64,000 nt of DNA from an uncultured Alphaproteobacteria bacterium (lineage in GTDB: Bacteria; Pseudomonadota; Alphaproteobacteria; Rs-D84): assembly GCA_934232895.1 (NCBI GenBank), contig CAKQGH010000001.1, forward strand, positions 3,635-67,634. Direction: 5' to 3'. The position numbers and the translations under genes were made by a program. Positions 44,287-53,871 of this stretch are shown in pieces. How positions within the stretch are numbered: the first letter of the stretch is position 1; each line of letters opens with the position of its first letter. The notes under the pieces are model-generated. The model had not been told where the DNA came from, did no database searches, and saw nothing but the letters and a program-made list of their open reading frames with translations.

Positions 44287-45123
44287 TTACGCTTCCAACG
44301 CACGGATTAAATCGTCGTAATCCAAATTAGTGCATTCTGCGGGCTTGCCAACCGTATCCCAAATGCTGTTTTCACATTCGGCCTTTAATTCTTTCAGGCT
44401 TTGTAAAAACGTGTTGTACTGGGTCGGCTTTTCTTTCTTTAACGCCAACAATTGACTGCGCAGCAATTCGTCATCGGCCAATGCCTTTTGTCCCTGGACC
44501 TTGCCGCCAATCAGTTTATTTCCGAACAACTCCATTACACCAACACCAACGCCGGCGCCACCAACCGCGCCACCAACGGTCGCCCATACGCGGGCCTTTT
44601 TCTTGGCATCCAGAATGCGCTGCTGCATCTTAGCCTCGTCCACCCAGGCACCACATGTGATATTTTGCCCCCATTCATAATACTGGGTTGGAATATCGGA
44701 CACATCAATGCGCGAATCGGTCGATTTCATACCAACCTTGACAAAGCACGTGTTGTTTTCTGGATTCTCGGTATCCTCGGTCATGGTGGCATAATTTGAT
44801 GTATTGCTGTACCGCGATGCCCAAACGAACGTGTTGCCAACGCCAATATTATTACTTATGCATGCCTTTTTTTCGGCCTCGCGCGTGTCAACAGCCGGCT
44901 TTTCCGGTTCGGTTGGTTCCACGCGAACACTGGATTTATTATCCGATGGGTTTGACATAGACATAGATGCCATCGCACTCAGTTGCCCCGTTGATGCCGT
45001 GGCACGCGGCGCACTGGCAACCATTTGCGTCTGCATTGAACGACGCGAATGTCCCGCCGGCTCCAACGCAAACGACGGCGCCACAAAAACACTGAATACT
45101 ATCAAAGAAACTATCGCTTTCAT
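44287..45123 (-). CDS. Secreted/membrane-anchored hypothetical protein (278 aa)
   Basis: ORF 44287..45192 trimmed to MKAIVSLIVFSVFVAPSFA; Gly-rich hydrophobic segment VWATVGGAVGGAGVGVGVMELF, then a coiled-coil-like tail. Confidence 0.55.
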   Translation of the reverse strand: MKAIVSLIVFSVFVAPSFALEPAGHSRRSMQTQMVASAPRATASTGQLSAMASMSMSNPSDNKSSVRVEPTEPEKPAVDTREAEKKACISNNIGVGNTFVWASRYSNTSNYATMTEDTENPENNTCFVKVGMKSTDSRIDVSDIPTQYYEWGQNITCGAWVDEAKMQQRILDAKKKARVWATVGGAVGGAGVGVGVMELFGNKLIGGKVQGQKALADDELLRSQLLALKKEKPTQYNTFLQSLKELKAECENSIWDTVGKPAECTNLDYDDLIRALEA

Positions 45124-45236
45124 TATGGAATCCCCCACTACTTTGGTGAACATTATACCACAAAATCGACCAAAAATAAAGGCCAAATGCAATATGGTAA
45201 AAAATCGGGCCGCAGATTATGCGACCCACAATTGAT

Positions 45237-45824
45237 TTATTTTTTCCATTTCCATTCTATTTTTGATTCCTGGCCGCGCAGCAATCGCGATATGTTCGCG
45301 CGATGGCGCCACATACACAGCAACCCAATGGCCAGAAACGCAAATCCAACATTGGTATCAATAACAAATCCCAACACAGGCATCAAACAAAACACCACAA
45401 CGGCCCCCAGTGATGAATACCCGGACGATAACGCCACAATCAACCATTCAATTGCACATATAATAAAAGTCAGTGGGCTGACCGCCAACATAACCCCAAA
45501 CAGTGACGATATGCCCTTGCCACCGCGGAATTTTAACCAAACCGGATAACAGTGTCCAACAATAGCAACAAACCCGCACCATGCGCCAAACGCGACGCCA
45601 CCAATGTAATTCCCAAAAATAACGGCGACAATTGCTTTGGCCATATCCAATAACCATGTCAGTCCCGCCAGACGCAACCCGCCAACACGCATCACATTGG
45701 TCGCACCGATGTTGCCACTGCCCACCGTGCGTAAATCGCCCTTGCCCGCGGCCCGTGTCAACAACAATCCCATGGGTATCGAACCCAATAAATACGAAAT
45801 AATTACAGTAAATGCGTACATCAT
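45237..45824 (-). CDS. plsY: Glycerol-3-phosphate acyltransferase PlsY
   Basis: 195 aa polytopic; GSGNIGATNV motif. Confidence 0.9.
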   Translation of the reverse strand: MMYAFTVIISYLLGSIPMGLLLTRAAGKGDLRTVGSGNIGATNVMRVGGLRLAGLTWLLDMAKAIVAVIFGNYIGGVAFGAWCGFVAIVGHCYPVWLKFRGGKGISSLFGVMLAVSPLTFIICAIEWLIVALSSGYSSLGAVVVFCLMPVLGFVIDTNVGFAFLAIGLLCMWRHRANISRLLRGQESKIEWKWKK

Positions 45825-45897
45825 TTTATTTTTCCTTGATTTTATCTTTGTTTTTTATAGAATACCAAGAAACTTGAATAAATAAAAGGAAAATAAA

Positions 45898-46158
45898 GTG
45901 GCAAATCATAAGTCATCTGAAAAAAGAATCTTGGTCACGGAAAAGAAAAACGCCGTGAACACCGCCCGTCGCAGTGCTGTTAAAACAGCCACGAAAAAGG
46001 CGTTAACCGCAATTGCATCTGGGGACAAGGCCGCGGCAACAACCGCCGCACGCAGCGCAGAAAGCAAGATTATGAAATCTGCTGGCAAAATTATGCCGAA
46101 ACAACGCGCGGCGCGTAAAATCTCGCGCTTGGCGAAAAAAGTTTCCAAAATGGCATAA
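45898..46158 (+). CDS. rpsT: 30S ribosomal protein S20
   Basis: 86 aa, GTG start, MANHKSSEKRI...RRSAVKTA basic helical protein typical of S20. Confidence 0.9.
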   Translation: MANHKSSEKRILVTEKKNAVNTARRSAVKTATKKALTAIASGDKAAATTAARSAESKIMKSAGKIMPKQRAARKISRLAKKVSKMA

Positions 46159-46178
46159 TGCCATTGGCAAAAATATTT

Positions 46179-46203
46179 GGCGCACATTTCTGTGCGCCTT
46201 TTG
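46179..46203 (+). terminator. rpsT terminator
   Basis: GGCGCACA-TTTC-TGTGCGCC followed by TTTTG. Confidence 0.65.
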
Positions 46204-46209
46204 TTGTAT

Positions 46210-46235
46210 AAAAAACGCCCAATGGGCGTTTTTTT
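46210..46235. terminator. Second, bidirectional hairpin
   Basis: AAAAAA-CGCCC-AAT-GGGCG-TTTTTTT. Confidence 0.55.
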
Positions 46236-46396
46236 CAAAAGCCCCCGTTTACCCCGCGCCATCAGTACAGCACTACTTACCGAATTGCCACGCGTCGCTA
46301 CGCTCGCGCGCAAAATGACATAGATTACAGCCAGTGTGCCCCCCAGGGACAGTGTCCCTGTTGCAATTCATTTTGTTATATTCCGCTGGTATTATT

Positions 46397-46423
46397 GTCA
46401 TTGCGAGTGCAACGAAGCAATCC
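46397..46423. repeat. GTCATTGCGAG...CGAAGCAATCC-type short repeat
   Basis: GTCATTGCGAGTGCAACGAAGCAATCC; I recall this word class as a widespread intergenic repeat in diverse bacteria; single copy in this window. Confidence 0.4.
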
Positions 46424-46450
46424 AATAGATAAAACTGATGTGTTCTCTAA

Positions 46451-46482
46451 AAATAAAACCGGCGATTGCCGGTTTTATTTTT
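46451..46482 (-). terminator. Terminator of the secretin gene
   Basis: AAAACCGGC-GATT-GCCGGTTTT with flanking A/T runs, preceded by TGTTCTCT as in the other terminator modules. Confidence 0.65.
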
Positions 46483-48111
46483 TTAATTCAATGGTGCGCC
46501 CCAATGTTGTTGGATGCTGCGTTCGGCATCCATCGGGCTGACCAATACCTGGGGTGTCAAGATAACCACCAGCGTATCACGCGTGGCCGATGTTTCGCGC
46601 GACCCCGACAGCGCCATAAAGTCCGGATCACCCAAGCCATAACGCGTATCATTATTGGTCTGCTTTTCAAACCCAGACACAACCAACATCTGGCCGGATT
46701 CCATAATAACTTCCTGCATGAAACTGCGCTCTTCAACCTCGGGCAATTGCAATGTGACCTCGCCAATGGTTTGGGTTGACATTTTCAACAATTCACGAAC
46801 CGACATACGGAACAGCAACAGAATCTTGCCGTTTTCCAGAACATTCGGCAACAGTTGCATTGAAAATCCAGTTTCCAAATCGTCCTGGTCAACGGTGCTG
46901 GATTCAACCGTTGTGAAATTACGCGATTCAAAACGTTTGATATATCCCGTCGTTTTGGTGTTGTTTACCGGCGCAACGCGGTTGCTGCGTGTTGTCACAC
47001 CAACATTTGTCACCAACGATACCTTGCCCTGTTTGGCCAAAGCCTCTATCAATGCATTACTGCCCGCGCCACGTGCCAATGAACCGTTTTGAATTTGGTT
47101 CTGGGTATACGCACCGGCAACAGTCGAACCATTTTCCAAATGTGTCGCCCCAGTTGCCGCCGAAACGGTGTTCGACAAAACGGCAATGTTCATGGAACTG
47201 GCCTCGGTCGTGGCAAGGTTATTTTTTGGATTCGCCACAATGTTTAATCCAGACGCACTGTTGATGGCCGCCGCCAAATTCAGACCAAACGCTGAATCAT
47301 TAGACACGGATACTTGCAAAACCTTGACATCAATTGTCACCAATTGCGACAGACGTTTGTTCTGTTTGTTGATATAATCGCCAACGCGGGTCAATACCGA
47401 CGGTGGCGCGGTCACGGTAATGGTGCCCAAACTGCGTGATACAGTGAATTCGGCATTTTCAGATTTCCCGATAATGCCCGAAATGGCCTTTTCAATTTCA
47501 TCCCATTCTTTTAATGTAGATTCCAACGCTACCTGGTTTCCGTCATCGGTTTGGACCGCCGTCTGGTATGAAACATCGGTTCCCAACGCATATAATGTAA
47601 ATGTTTTGGTTTCCGTTTCGTAAAACACAATTGATGTTTTGTCATAATACCACAATAAATCCAAATCGGTCGCAACCTGGGATAACAGGCCTGATAATTT
47701 GCCGGTATACGCAACATTGATGTTCTTTTTCAATTTCTCGGAATTCACCTGGCTGTCAATTTTAACCGGCAAACCGGTAATAGAATTAATGTCATTTGCC
47801 AAAACCTGTAATGTGACGGGTTCGTTCAACAAAATTGTCACACCCGTATCGGTTTCGAAACGCGATGGCAAATTATTGCGATGTTCCAGAACGGTCGATT
47901 TATTGCCCAACCATACGCCCTCGGACATGGAAACGGTATCGCCACTGGCAACCTTGGCACGCGGATTTTTGGACATTTCAAACGCATCGTATGCGTTGAT
48001 AAAATCCTGGTCGACCTTGGCGGCAACCTTTGCCGATTCCTTGGTAGTGCACCCCGCCAGCGCAACCGCCAACGCACCACATGCAAATAATACTTTCATT
48101 GTTTTTATCAT
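46483..48111 (-). CDS. Secretin lipoprotein, type IVb-pilus PilN/BfpB-like
   Basis: ORF 46483..48147 trimmed to MIKTMKVLFACGALAVALAGCTT (lipobox, GGAGAG SD); C-terminal secretin region ...LLPNVLENGKILLLF...VVSGFEKQ...LVVILTPQVL. Confidence 0.75.
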   Translation of the reverse strand: MIKTMKVLFACGALAVALAGCTTKESAKVAAKVDQDFINAYDAFEMSKNPRAKVASGDTVSMSEGVWLGNKSTVLEHRNNLPSRFETDTGVTILLNEPVTLQVLANDINSITGLPVKIDSQVNSEKLKKNINVAYTGKLSGLLSQVATDLDLLWYYDKTSIVFYETETKTFTLYALGTDVSYQTAVQTDDGNQVALESTLKEWDEIEKAISGIIGKSENAEFTVSRSLGTITVTAPPSVLTRVGDYINKQNKRLSQLVTIDVKVLQVSVSNDSAFGLNLAAAINSASGLNIVANPKNNLATTEASSMNIAVLSNTVSAATGATHLENGSTVAGAYTQNQIQNGSLARGAGSNALIEALAKQGKVSLVTNVGVTTRSNRVAPVNNTKTTGYIKRFESRNFTTVESSTVDQDDLETGFSMQLLPNVLENGKILLLFRMSVRELLKMSTQTIGEVTLQLPEVEERSFMQEVIMESGQMLVVSGFEKQTNNDTRYGLGDPDFMALSGSRETSATRDTLVVILTPQVLVSPMDAERSIQQHWGAPLN

Positions 48112-48150
48112 ATTACTCTCCAAGATTCCCGGTTTCACACGCACCATTTA

Positions 48151-49041
48151 TTATTCTTCGGATGTTGTAATTACCAACACGCGGTTTCCTTTATAGAATT
48201 TCGCATACGGAATTGGTGTTGCGCGTCCAAAATTACGAACCAAAGCCGACGCCACATCAACAAAACGACCTTTGAATACGGCGCTGGCCTCTATCGGATA
48301 TTCACGCGATGTCGCCCATACTAAATCCCAGCCTTCTTTGTCGCACCAGTTTTGCAGAACCTCGCGCAATGTTTGACCATTAGCAACAACCCACGAACGA
48401 ACCTGGTCGGTCAATTTTTGGGCCGGTTCCGCATCGGCGGATGTGTCAACCGCGATTTCTTTTTCTTCGACAATTTCACCATTTTCATCGGTGACTGTTT
48501 TTGTCATACCCATCTTGGCCGCGAATGCCGCATATCCATCGGATGCATTGTTGCAATTTTTGCGACCACTGCGCGACACGGTCAGGACACTGCCCCCGTC
48601 ATCTTCCAACATTTCGCGATGCAGCAATGGCATTTCGGAACCGTTGTTGCATTCGTCATCAAAACCGACCGGAATCTGGTTGCCATGCAACATATTCGCC
48701 CCACCCGACCAATCGCCATATCCGTTAGTCGCCAGGTTGAAATTATTTTCCACAACCAAATCATTACCAATTTTGGAAACAATTCTGATATTATCAGATG
48801 TTGCCGATTTTTCGCACGCCGCATCGCCACACGCAACCGTCACATCTGCATCAGACCCAGCAATCGGCCACACCGGAACCGGCATCTGCGTTTCCTGGGT
48901 GTCAACATATTGGTTTTCATCAACCACATCTTCCTGGGTATAGAAAACCTCGCTCGTGACGACCTGGGGCAAAGATTCCGCCGCAAAGCAATAGCCCGCC
49001 GCGGTTGCAAACATTGCGACAATCAAAAATTTACGGAACAT
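48151..49041 (-). CDS. PilL/TcpQ-domain protein (296 aa)
   Basis: ORF 48151..49251 trimmed to MFRKFLIVAMFATAAGYCFA (AAGGAAG SD); C-terminal WVVANGQTLREVLQNWCDKEGWDLVWATSREYPIEASAVFKGRFVDVASALV...NRVLVI fits the TcpQ/PilL C-terminal domain pattern. Confidence 0.65.
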   Translation of the reverse strand: MFRKFLIVAMFATAAGYCFAAESLPQVVTSEVFYTQEDVVDENQYVDTQETQMPVPVWPIAGSDADVTVACGDAACEKSATSDNIRIVSKIGNDLVVENNFNLATNGYGDWSGGANMLHGNQIPVGFDDECNNGSEMPLLHREMLEDDGGSVLTVSRSGRKNCNNASDGYAAFAAKMGMTKTVTDENGEIVEEKEIAVDTSADAEPAQKLTDQVRSWVVANGQTLREVLQNWCDKEGWDLVWATSREYPIEASAVFKGRFVDVASALVRNFGRATPIPYAKFYKGNRVLVITTSEE

Positions 49042-49217
49042 AAAAACTTCCTTTCCTGAATAAGTTGTTTTATTTATTGAACTTATTATAACAATTTGAC
49101 CGAATCTGTGCAAGACCAAATCGCACCCAACAAATTTAATATTTTCAAGATAAAATCGCACGAATCGGTAAAAGATGTTATACTGGTCGTGTTTAATACG
49201 ATATACGGGGCGTAAAA

Positions 49218-49763
49218 ATGCAAAACATATTGATTTTAAGTGGAATTTCAATTCTCATCATCATTGGCATTGCAATCATTGCCATGTTGGTCGGCATGCG
49301 CGGACAAATGCGCGACATCACAAAAACGCAAACATACCAATATAACCTGATTGTGAAAATTCAATCTGTATTGAAAAACAAGTCGGCCACAAATGCGGTT
49401 GCAGAACACGCCGAAATGATTTACCAGGATTTATTACAAAATTTAATTCCTATTATGGCGGCAATTGACATTATGCCGCGCGCAACCCCCGAACACCCGT
49501 TGTGGCGCGCGCTGGGGGGCATTTTGGATGAATATGGTAAAAACCCATTTGTTATGGAAAAATTGCGCCGTTGCATCAAACTGGATGCCGAGGTCGCACG
49601 CAGCGTCGACAATTACATGAACCGCGCCGATGGATTTTTACAACATTTGACCACAACCGAACCAGATGGCATATTGACATCAACATTTACCGACGGGCTG
49701 TTGGGGCAATCGTTGACATTTTTTGCCCAGGCACGTGCCCTGGCCGCCCAGAATAATGAATAA
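49218..49763 (+). CDS. Hypothetical membrane-anchored protein (181 aa)
   Basis: N-terminal TM ILILSGISILIIIGIAIIAMLV; stop TAA abuts the sufB ATG. Confidence 0.55.
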   Translation: MQNILILSGISILIIIGIAIIAMLVGMRGQMRDITKTQTYQYNLIVKIQSVLKNKSATNAVAEHAEMIYQDLLQNLIPIMAAIDIMPRATPEHPLWRALGGILDEYGKNPFVMEKLRRCIKLDAEVARSVDNYMNRADGFLQHLTTTEPDGILTSTFTDGLLGQSLTFFAQARALAAQNNE

Positions 49764-51098
49764 ATGGCAAAACTGACCGAAAATCTTGTTCGTGATATAT
49801 CAAATATTCGGAATGAACCCGAATGGTTGACCGAATGGCGCGTGGCCGCATTTAACGCATGGCGCGGCATGTCCGAACCCCATTGGGCCGAATTTGAATA
49901 TGCACCAATCAATTATGATGAACTGAATTACTATAACGAATCCCGCCCGATTGATAATTCCGATTTGAAACAAACATACGATAAAATGGGGCTGCCCGAA
50001 TCGGAACAACGTGCATTATTGGGCATGGCAACCGACACCGTTGTCGACAGTCGTTCCGTTCACACATCATATACCGCCGAATTGGAAAAATTGGGGATTA
50101 TATTTCTGCCTTTTTCCGAGGCCGTCATATCACACCCCGAATTAGTAAAAAAATATTTGGGACGCGTGGTACCCGCAACCGATAATTTCTTTGCCGCGTT
50201 AAATGCCGCGGTATTTTCGGATGGCACATTTGTTTATATTCCGCCACACACGAAATGCCCCATTGACCTGGCCAGTTATTTCAGAATAGAAACCGCAAAA
50301 ATTGGGCAATTTGAACGCACACTGATTATTGCGGACACGGGCGCAGAATTATCGTATATGGAGGGGTGCAGTGCCCCCCGTCGCCCCAACCATCAATTGC
50401 ACAGCGGTGTTGTCGAAATCATTGCATTGGACGATGCGCGCGTTAAATATGCAACCGTGCAAAATTGGTATGCCGGCGAAATGCGCGATGGTAAAAATGT
50501 TGGTGGCATTTTGAATTTCGTAACCAAACGCGGACGCGCCGAAAAAAACGCAACAATTGATTGGACCCAGGTTGAAATTGGCTCGGCCATGACATGGAAA
50601 TATCCATCAACCATTTTGGCGGGCGATAACGCACACAGCGATTTTTATTCACTGACCATTACGCGCGGTGCCCAATTGGCCGACACCGGGACAAAAATGA
50701 TTCACATTGGCGATAATACGGTATCAAACATCGTTTCATACGGCGTAGCATTGGACAATTCAAATCAAACATTTCGCAGCTTGGTATCTTTTGCCGGACG
50801 TGGTGGGAAAAACGCTTCGAAATGCGACACACGCATAATCGGCAATAACGCGGTGGCAAACACATTGCCAACAATCATTCATACAAATGGCGAAAACACC
50901 CAAAGTCACGAGGCCACAACCGGTGCCATCGACGAAAAACAATTACTGTTTTTGATGCAATCCGGCATTTCCCAGGACCAGGCAACCGCATTGATTATCG
51001 GCGCATCGGCGGCACCGATTATATCGCGCCTGCCAATGGAATTTTTGGTGGAATCTAAACAACTGATTCAAATGGCATTGGCAAAATCACAGGATTAA
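49764..51098 (+). CDS. sufB: Fe-S cluster assembly scaffold SufB
   Basis: 444 aa; typical SufB blocks incl. YMEGCSAP and the C-terminal beta-helix region; followed by sufC. Confidence 0.88.
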   Translation: MAKLTENLVRDISNIRNEPEWLTEWRVAAFNAWRGMSEPHWAEFEYAPINYDELNYYNESRPIDNSDLKQTYDKMGLPESEQRALLGMATDTVVDSRSVHTSYTAELEKLGIIFLPFSEAVISHPELVKKYLGRVVPATDNFFAALNAAVFSDGTFVYIPPHTKCPIDLASYFRIETAKIGQFERTLIIADTGAELSYMEGCSAPRRPNHQLHSGVVEIIALDDARVKYATVQNWYAGEMRDGKNVGGILNFVTKRGRAEKNATIDWTQVEIGSAMTWKYPSTILAGDNAHSDFYSLTITRGAQLADTGTKMIHIGDNTVSNIVSYGVALDNSNQTFRSLVSFAGRGGKNASKCDTRIIGNNAVANTLPTIIHTNGENTQSHEATTGAIDEKQLLFLMQSGISQDQATALIIGASAAPIISRLPMEFLVESKQLIQMALAKSQD

Positions 51099-51110
51099 AC
51101 AGGATTAAAT

Positions 51111-51788
51111 ATGTTGGAAATAAAAAATTTATCTGTATCACTGGACGGCAAAGAATTATTGCACGATATAAATATGACCGTCACAGCGGGCGCGCGGCAT
51201 TTACTGGCGGGGCACAATGGTTCCGGCAAATCAACATTGGCCGGCGTTATTGCGGGCGCACCGGCATATACAAGTGATGCGGGACAAATTATTTTTGATG
51301 GTCGCGACATAACACATGAAAACACAACCACACGCGCATTGTTGGGCATATTTCTGGGCGCACAAAATGTGCCGGAAATTCCGGGGCTGACGATGTTAAG
51401 TTTTTTGAAACATTCAATGGCATCGCACACGCATTTTGAAACGGGACGCGACCTGTCGATGGCGGAATTCTTGGAAAAATTGGAAAGCGCACGTGCAAAA
51501 TTAAACATACCCAAAGAATGGTTAAACCGCAGTGTGAATGTTGGTTTTTCCGGCGGTGAACGCAAACGATTGATGTTGTTGCGCCTGGTAATGACCGCAC
51601 CAAAATTTGCAATTTTGGACGAACCAGATTCCGGCGCCGATGCCGAAACCCAACAGATGATTGCCGACACCATACACGAAATGAAAAACACCACATTTAT
51701 GTTTATCAGCCATCAACCACGGTTTACCGAAATGGTTTGCCCAACCGATATAACGACTTTGTCAAATGGTCACATTATGGTAAAATAA
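51111..51788 (+). CDS. sufC: Fe-S cluster assembly ATPase SufC
   Basis: Walker A GHNGSGKST, signature FSGGERKR, Walker B AILDEPDSG. Confidence 0.9.
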   Translation: MLEIKNLSVSLDGKELLHDINMTVTAGARHLLAGHNGSGKSTLAGVIAGAPAYTSDAGQIIFDGRDITHENTTTRALLGIFLGAQNVPEIPGLTMLSFLKHSMASHTHFETGRDLSMAEFLEKLESARAKLNIPKEWLNRSVNVGFSGGERKRLMLLRLVMTAPKFAILDEPDSGADAETQQMIADTIHEMKNTTFMFISHQPRFTEMVCPTDITTLSNGHIMVK

Positions 51789-51804
51789 GGAAAGAATAAA
51801 AAAG

Positions 51805-52746
51805 ATGAACAAAGGAACAAAAATGTCACGCGAACGCACACCCGGGTTATTGTCATGGATATTGTGGCAACCGTTGAAATTTGCATTTATATCATTTGCA
51901 TTAATGTCAGTGGTATCGGCCACATATTCCATTGTTGCAAATGCAATAACCGCCCGCACCGGCACCGCCGTTGTGGTGTGGCCAATGTGGGCATTGATTG
52001 GTGGTGCAATTGTGCTGTCGACATGGTTGATGCTGCGGAAATTACCCCGCGCGAATATTGACCAACGCAGTTTTATCGCACTGAACAACGCCCAGGCGAT
52101 TATATTGGCCATTGCCGTATTTATGTCGATATTCATTGCAAAATATGCCCAGGGCGCAATGATGGGTATGATGTGGCGCGGCACCACCGGCAGTGTACAA
52201 TTCATTGCCATCGCAATCGGATTGGCACTGTATTATATGTATCTGTTTGGATTATTCATATCGAATGTATACGCCAAATTCTGGCGTGCACGCGCGATGG
52301 GTGTGTCCACATGGCGCACTATTTGCACCATGCCGATGGGGTTTGGCCTGTTGTGGATTCCGGGCTATATTTTACCCGAGGCGCCGACCAATCATCCGGC
52401 ATTGCCAATTCGCGCCGCATGGTATGACAATTTTACAAACTGGATTGCATCGCGCGGCATAATAACCGTTATTGCATTTGCGGCGTTGACACTGTTTACC
52501 GGGTTTATGTTTGGCCCACAATCATTAATGTTGACCGGTGGCATAACATTGCTGTTTGCCGTGTGGTTGGGATTTATGGGCGGTGCCAAATTCCGCGACA
52601 GTATGCGCGGCGCGTATTCCACATTTGCAATTATCGTAAACATTTTATTGATAATCGGTGTAATTATGTTTGCCACAATTCGCACCGAACCAAATGTTCA
52701 AATAAACATATCAGACATAGAAACAACAACAAATATAGAAAAATAA
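51805..52746 (+). CDS. Polytopic membrane protein, unknown function (313 aa)
   Basis: AAGGAAAG SD; about 8 hydrophobic helices; no motif I recognise. Confidence 0.55.
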   Translation: MNKGTKMSRERTPGLLSWILWQPLKFAFISFALMSVVSATYSIVANAITARTGTAVVVWPMWALIGGAIVLSTWLMLRKLPRANIDQRSFIALNNAQAIILAIAVFMSIFIAKYAQGAMMGMMWRGTTGSVQFIAIAIGLALYYMYLFGLFISNVYAKFWRARAMGVSTWRTICTMPMGFGLLWIPGYILPEAPTNHPALPIRAAWYDNFTNWIASRGIITVIAFAALTLFTGFMFGPQSLMLTGGITLLFAVWLGFMGGAKFRDSMRGAYSTFAIIVNILLIIGVIMFATIRTEPNVQINISDIETTTNIEK

Positions 52747-52791
52747 AAAACGCGCTATGTGCACGATTTATTGGGACACAAAGGATTTAAT

Positions 52792-53835
52792 ATGAATGGT
52801 TTAATACTGTTTGTTGGCGGAATGTTTTTATTGTGGATGGGCCGCACAATTTTAATTCCATTGTTGGTGGCAACATTTTTGTGGTATTTGATAAATGCTA
52901 TATCAACATACTGTCGTATGATTTTACCATTTCGCACCGATGATGCGCGCCGCGAATACAAAATTGGTGCACGCGTGTTTGATTGGGCGGCACATTTAAT
53001 TTCATTGGCCGCAATGGTGGTGGTAATCTATACATTTGCAACCCAGGTTCGACCAATGTTTTCAGAATTGCTGGCCGCCCTGCCCGCGATACAACATAAA
53101 CTGATTGATTTTGGCGCGATGGTGTCCGGTAAATTGGGCATTGCATTTGATACATCAATGTTGCCAAACATTACAAAAATCGCCGGTGGTATTGGCGCAT
53201 CATTGGCCGGCATTGCAACATCGGTTGGTATGATATGCGTGTATCTGTTGTTTATGTTTATTGAACAAACAACATTTGATAAAAAGTTTTCTGCACTGTT
53301 TCCAAATAAAACACAGTCAAAAAAAATGCGCTATATTATCGGCAGCATAGACACCAATATGAAAAAATATTTGTTTATGAAGACACTGATTTCGGCGGCA
53401 ACCGGGTTGCTGTCATATTTGTGGTTGCATGCCATCGGATTGGATTTTGCCGGCGTGTGGGCGTTTATAGTATTCATTGCAAATTATATCCCAACAATTG
53501 GCGCAATTGTTGCATGTGGGTTGCCAATACTGTATGCATTGGCCGTATCGCCAACATTGCATCTGCCAATACTGGTTGCGGCGGGCCTGATTGGTTTACA
53601 GATATTGCTGGGCAATATTATTGAACCGAAATTGACCGGGAAAACATTAAACTTGTCAACATTGGCAATTTTAATAAACCTGGTATTCTGGGGCATGATT
53701 TGGGGTATTGCCGGAATGTTTTTCAGCGTTCCATTATTGGTGGCAACATTTATCATTACCGCACAATTTGATTCCACACGTTGGGTCGCGGTATTGTTGT
53801 CGGCCGACGGAAAAATTCCCGATAAAAACGATTGA
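52792..53835 (+). CDS. AI-2E family transporter (PerM/YhhT-like, UPF0118)
   Basis: ORF 52759..53835 trimmed to MNGLILFV (AAGGA SD); multi-TM with IPTIGAIVA...LGNIIEPKL...LVFWGMIWGIAGMFFSVPL pattern. Confidence 0.7.
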   Translation: MNGLILFVGGMFLLWMGRTILIPLLVATFLWYLINAISTYCRMILPFRTDDARREYKIGARVFDWAAHLISLAAMVVVIYTFATQVRPMFSELLAALPAIQHKLIDFGAMVSGKLGIAFDTSMLPNITKIAGGIGASLAGIATSVGMICVYLLFMFIEQTTFDKKFSALFPNKTQSKKMRYIIGSIDTNMKKYLFMKTLISAATGLLSYLWLHAIGLDFAGVWAFIVFIANYIPTIGAIVACGLPILYALAVSPTLHLPILVAAGLIGLQILLGNIIEPKLTGKTLNLSTLAILINLVFWGMIWGIAGMFFSVPLLVATFIITAQFDSTRWVAVLLSADGKIPDKND

Positions 53836-53871
53836 TAAAAAACGCGCTGGATACATTAAATCCGGCGTTTT

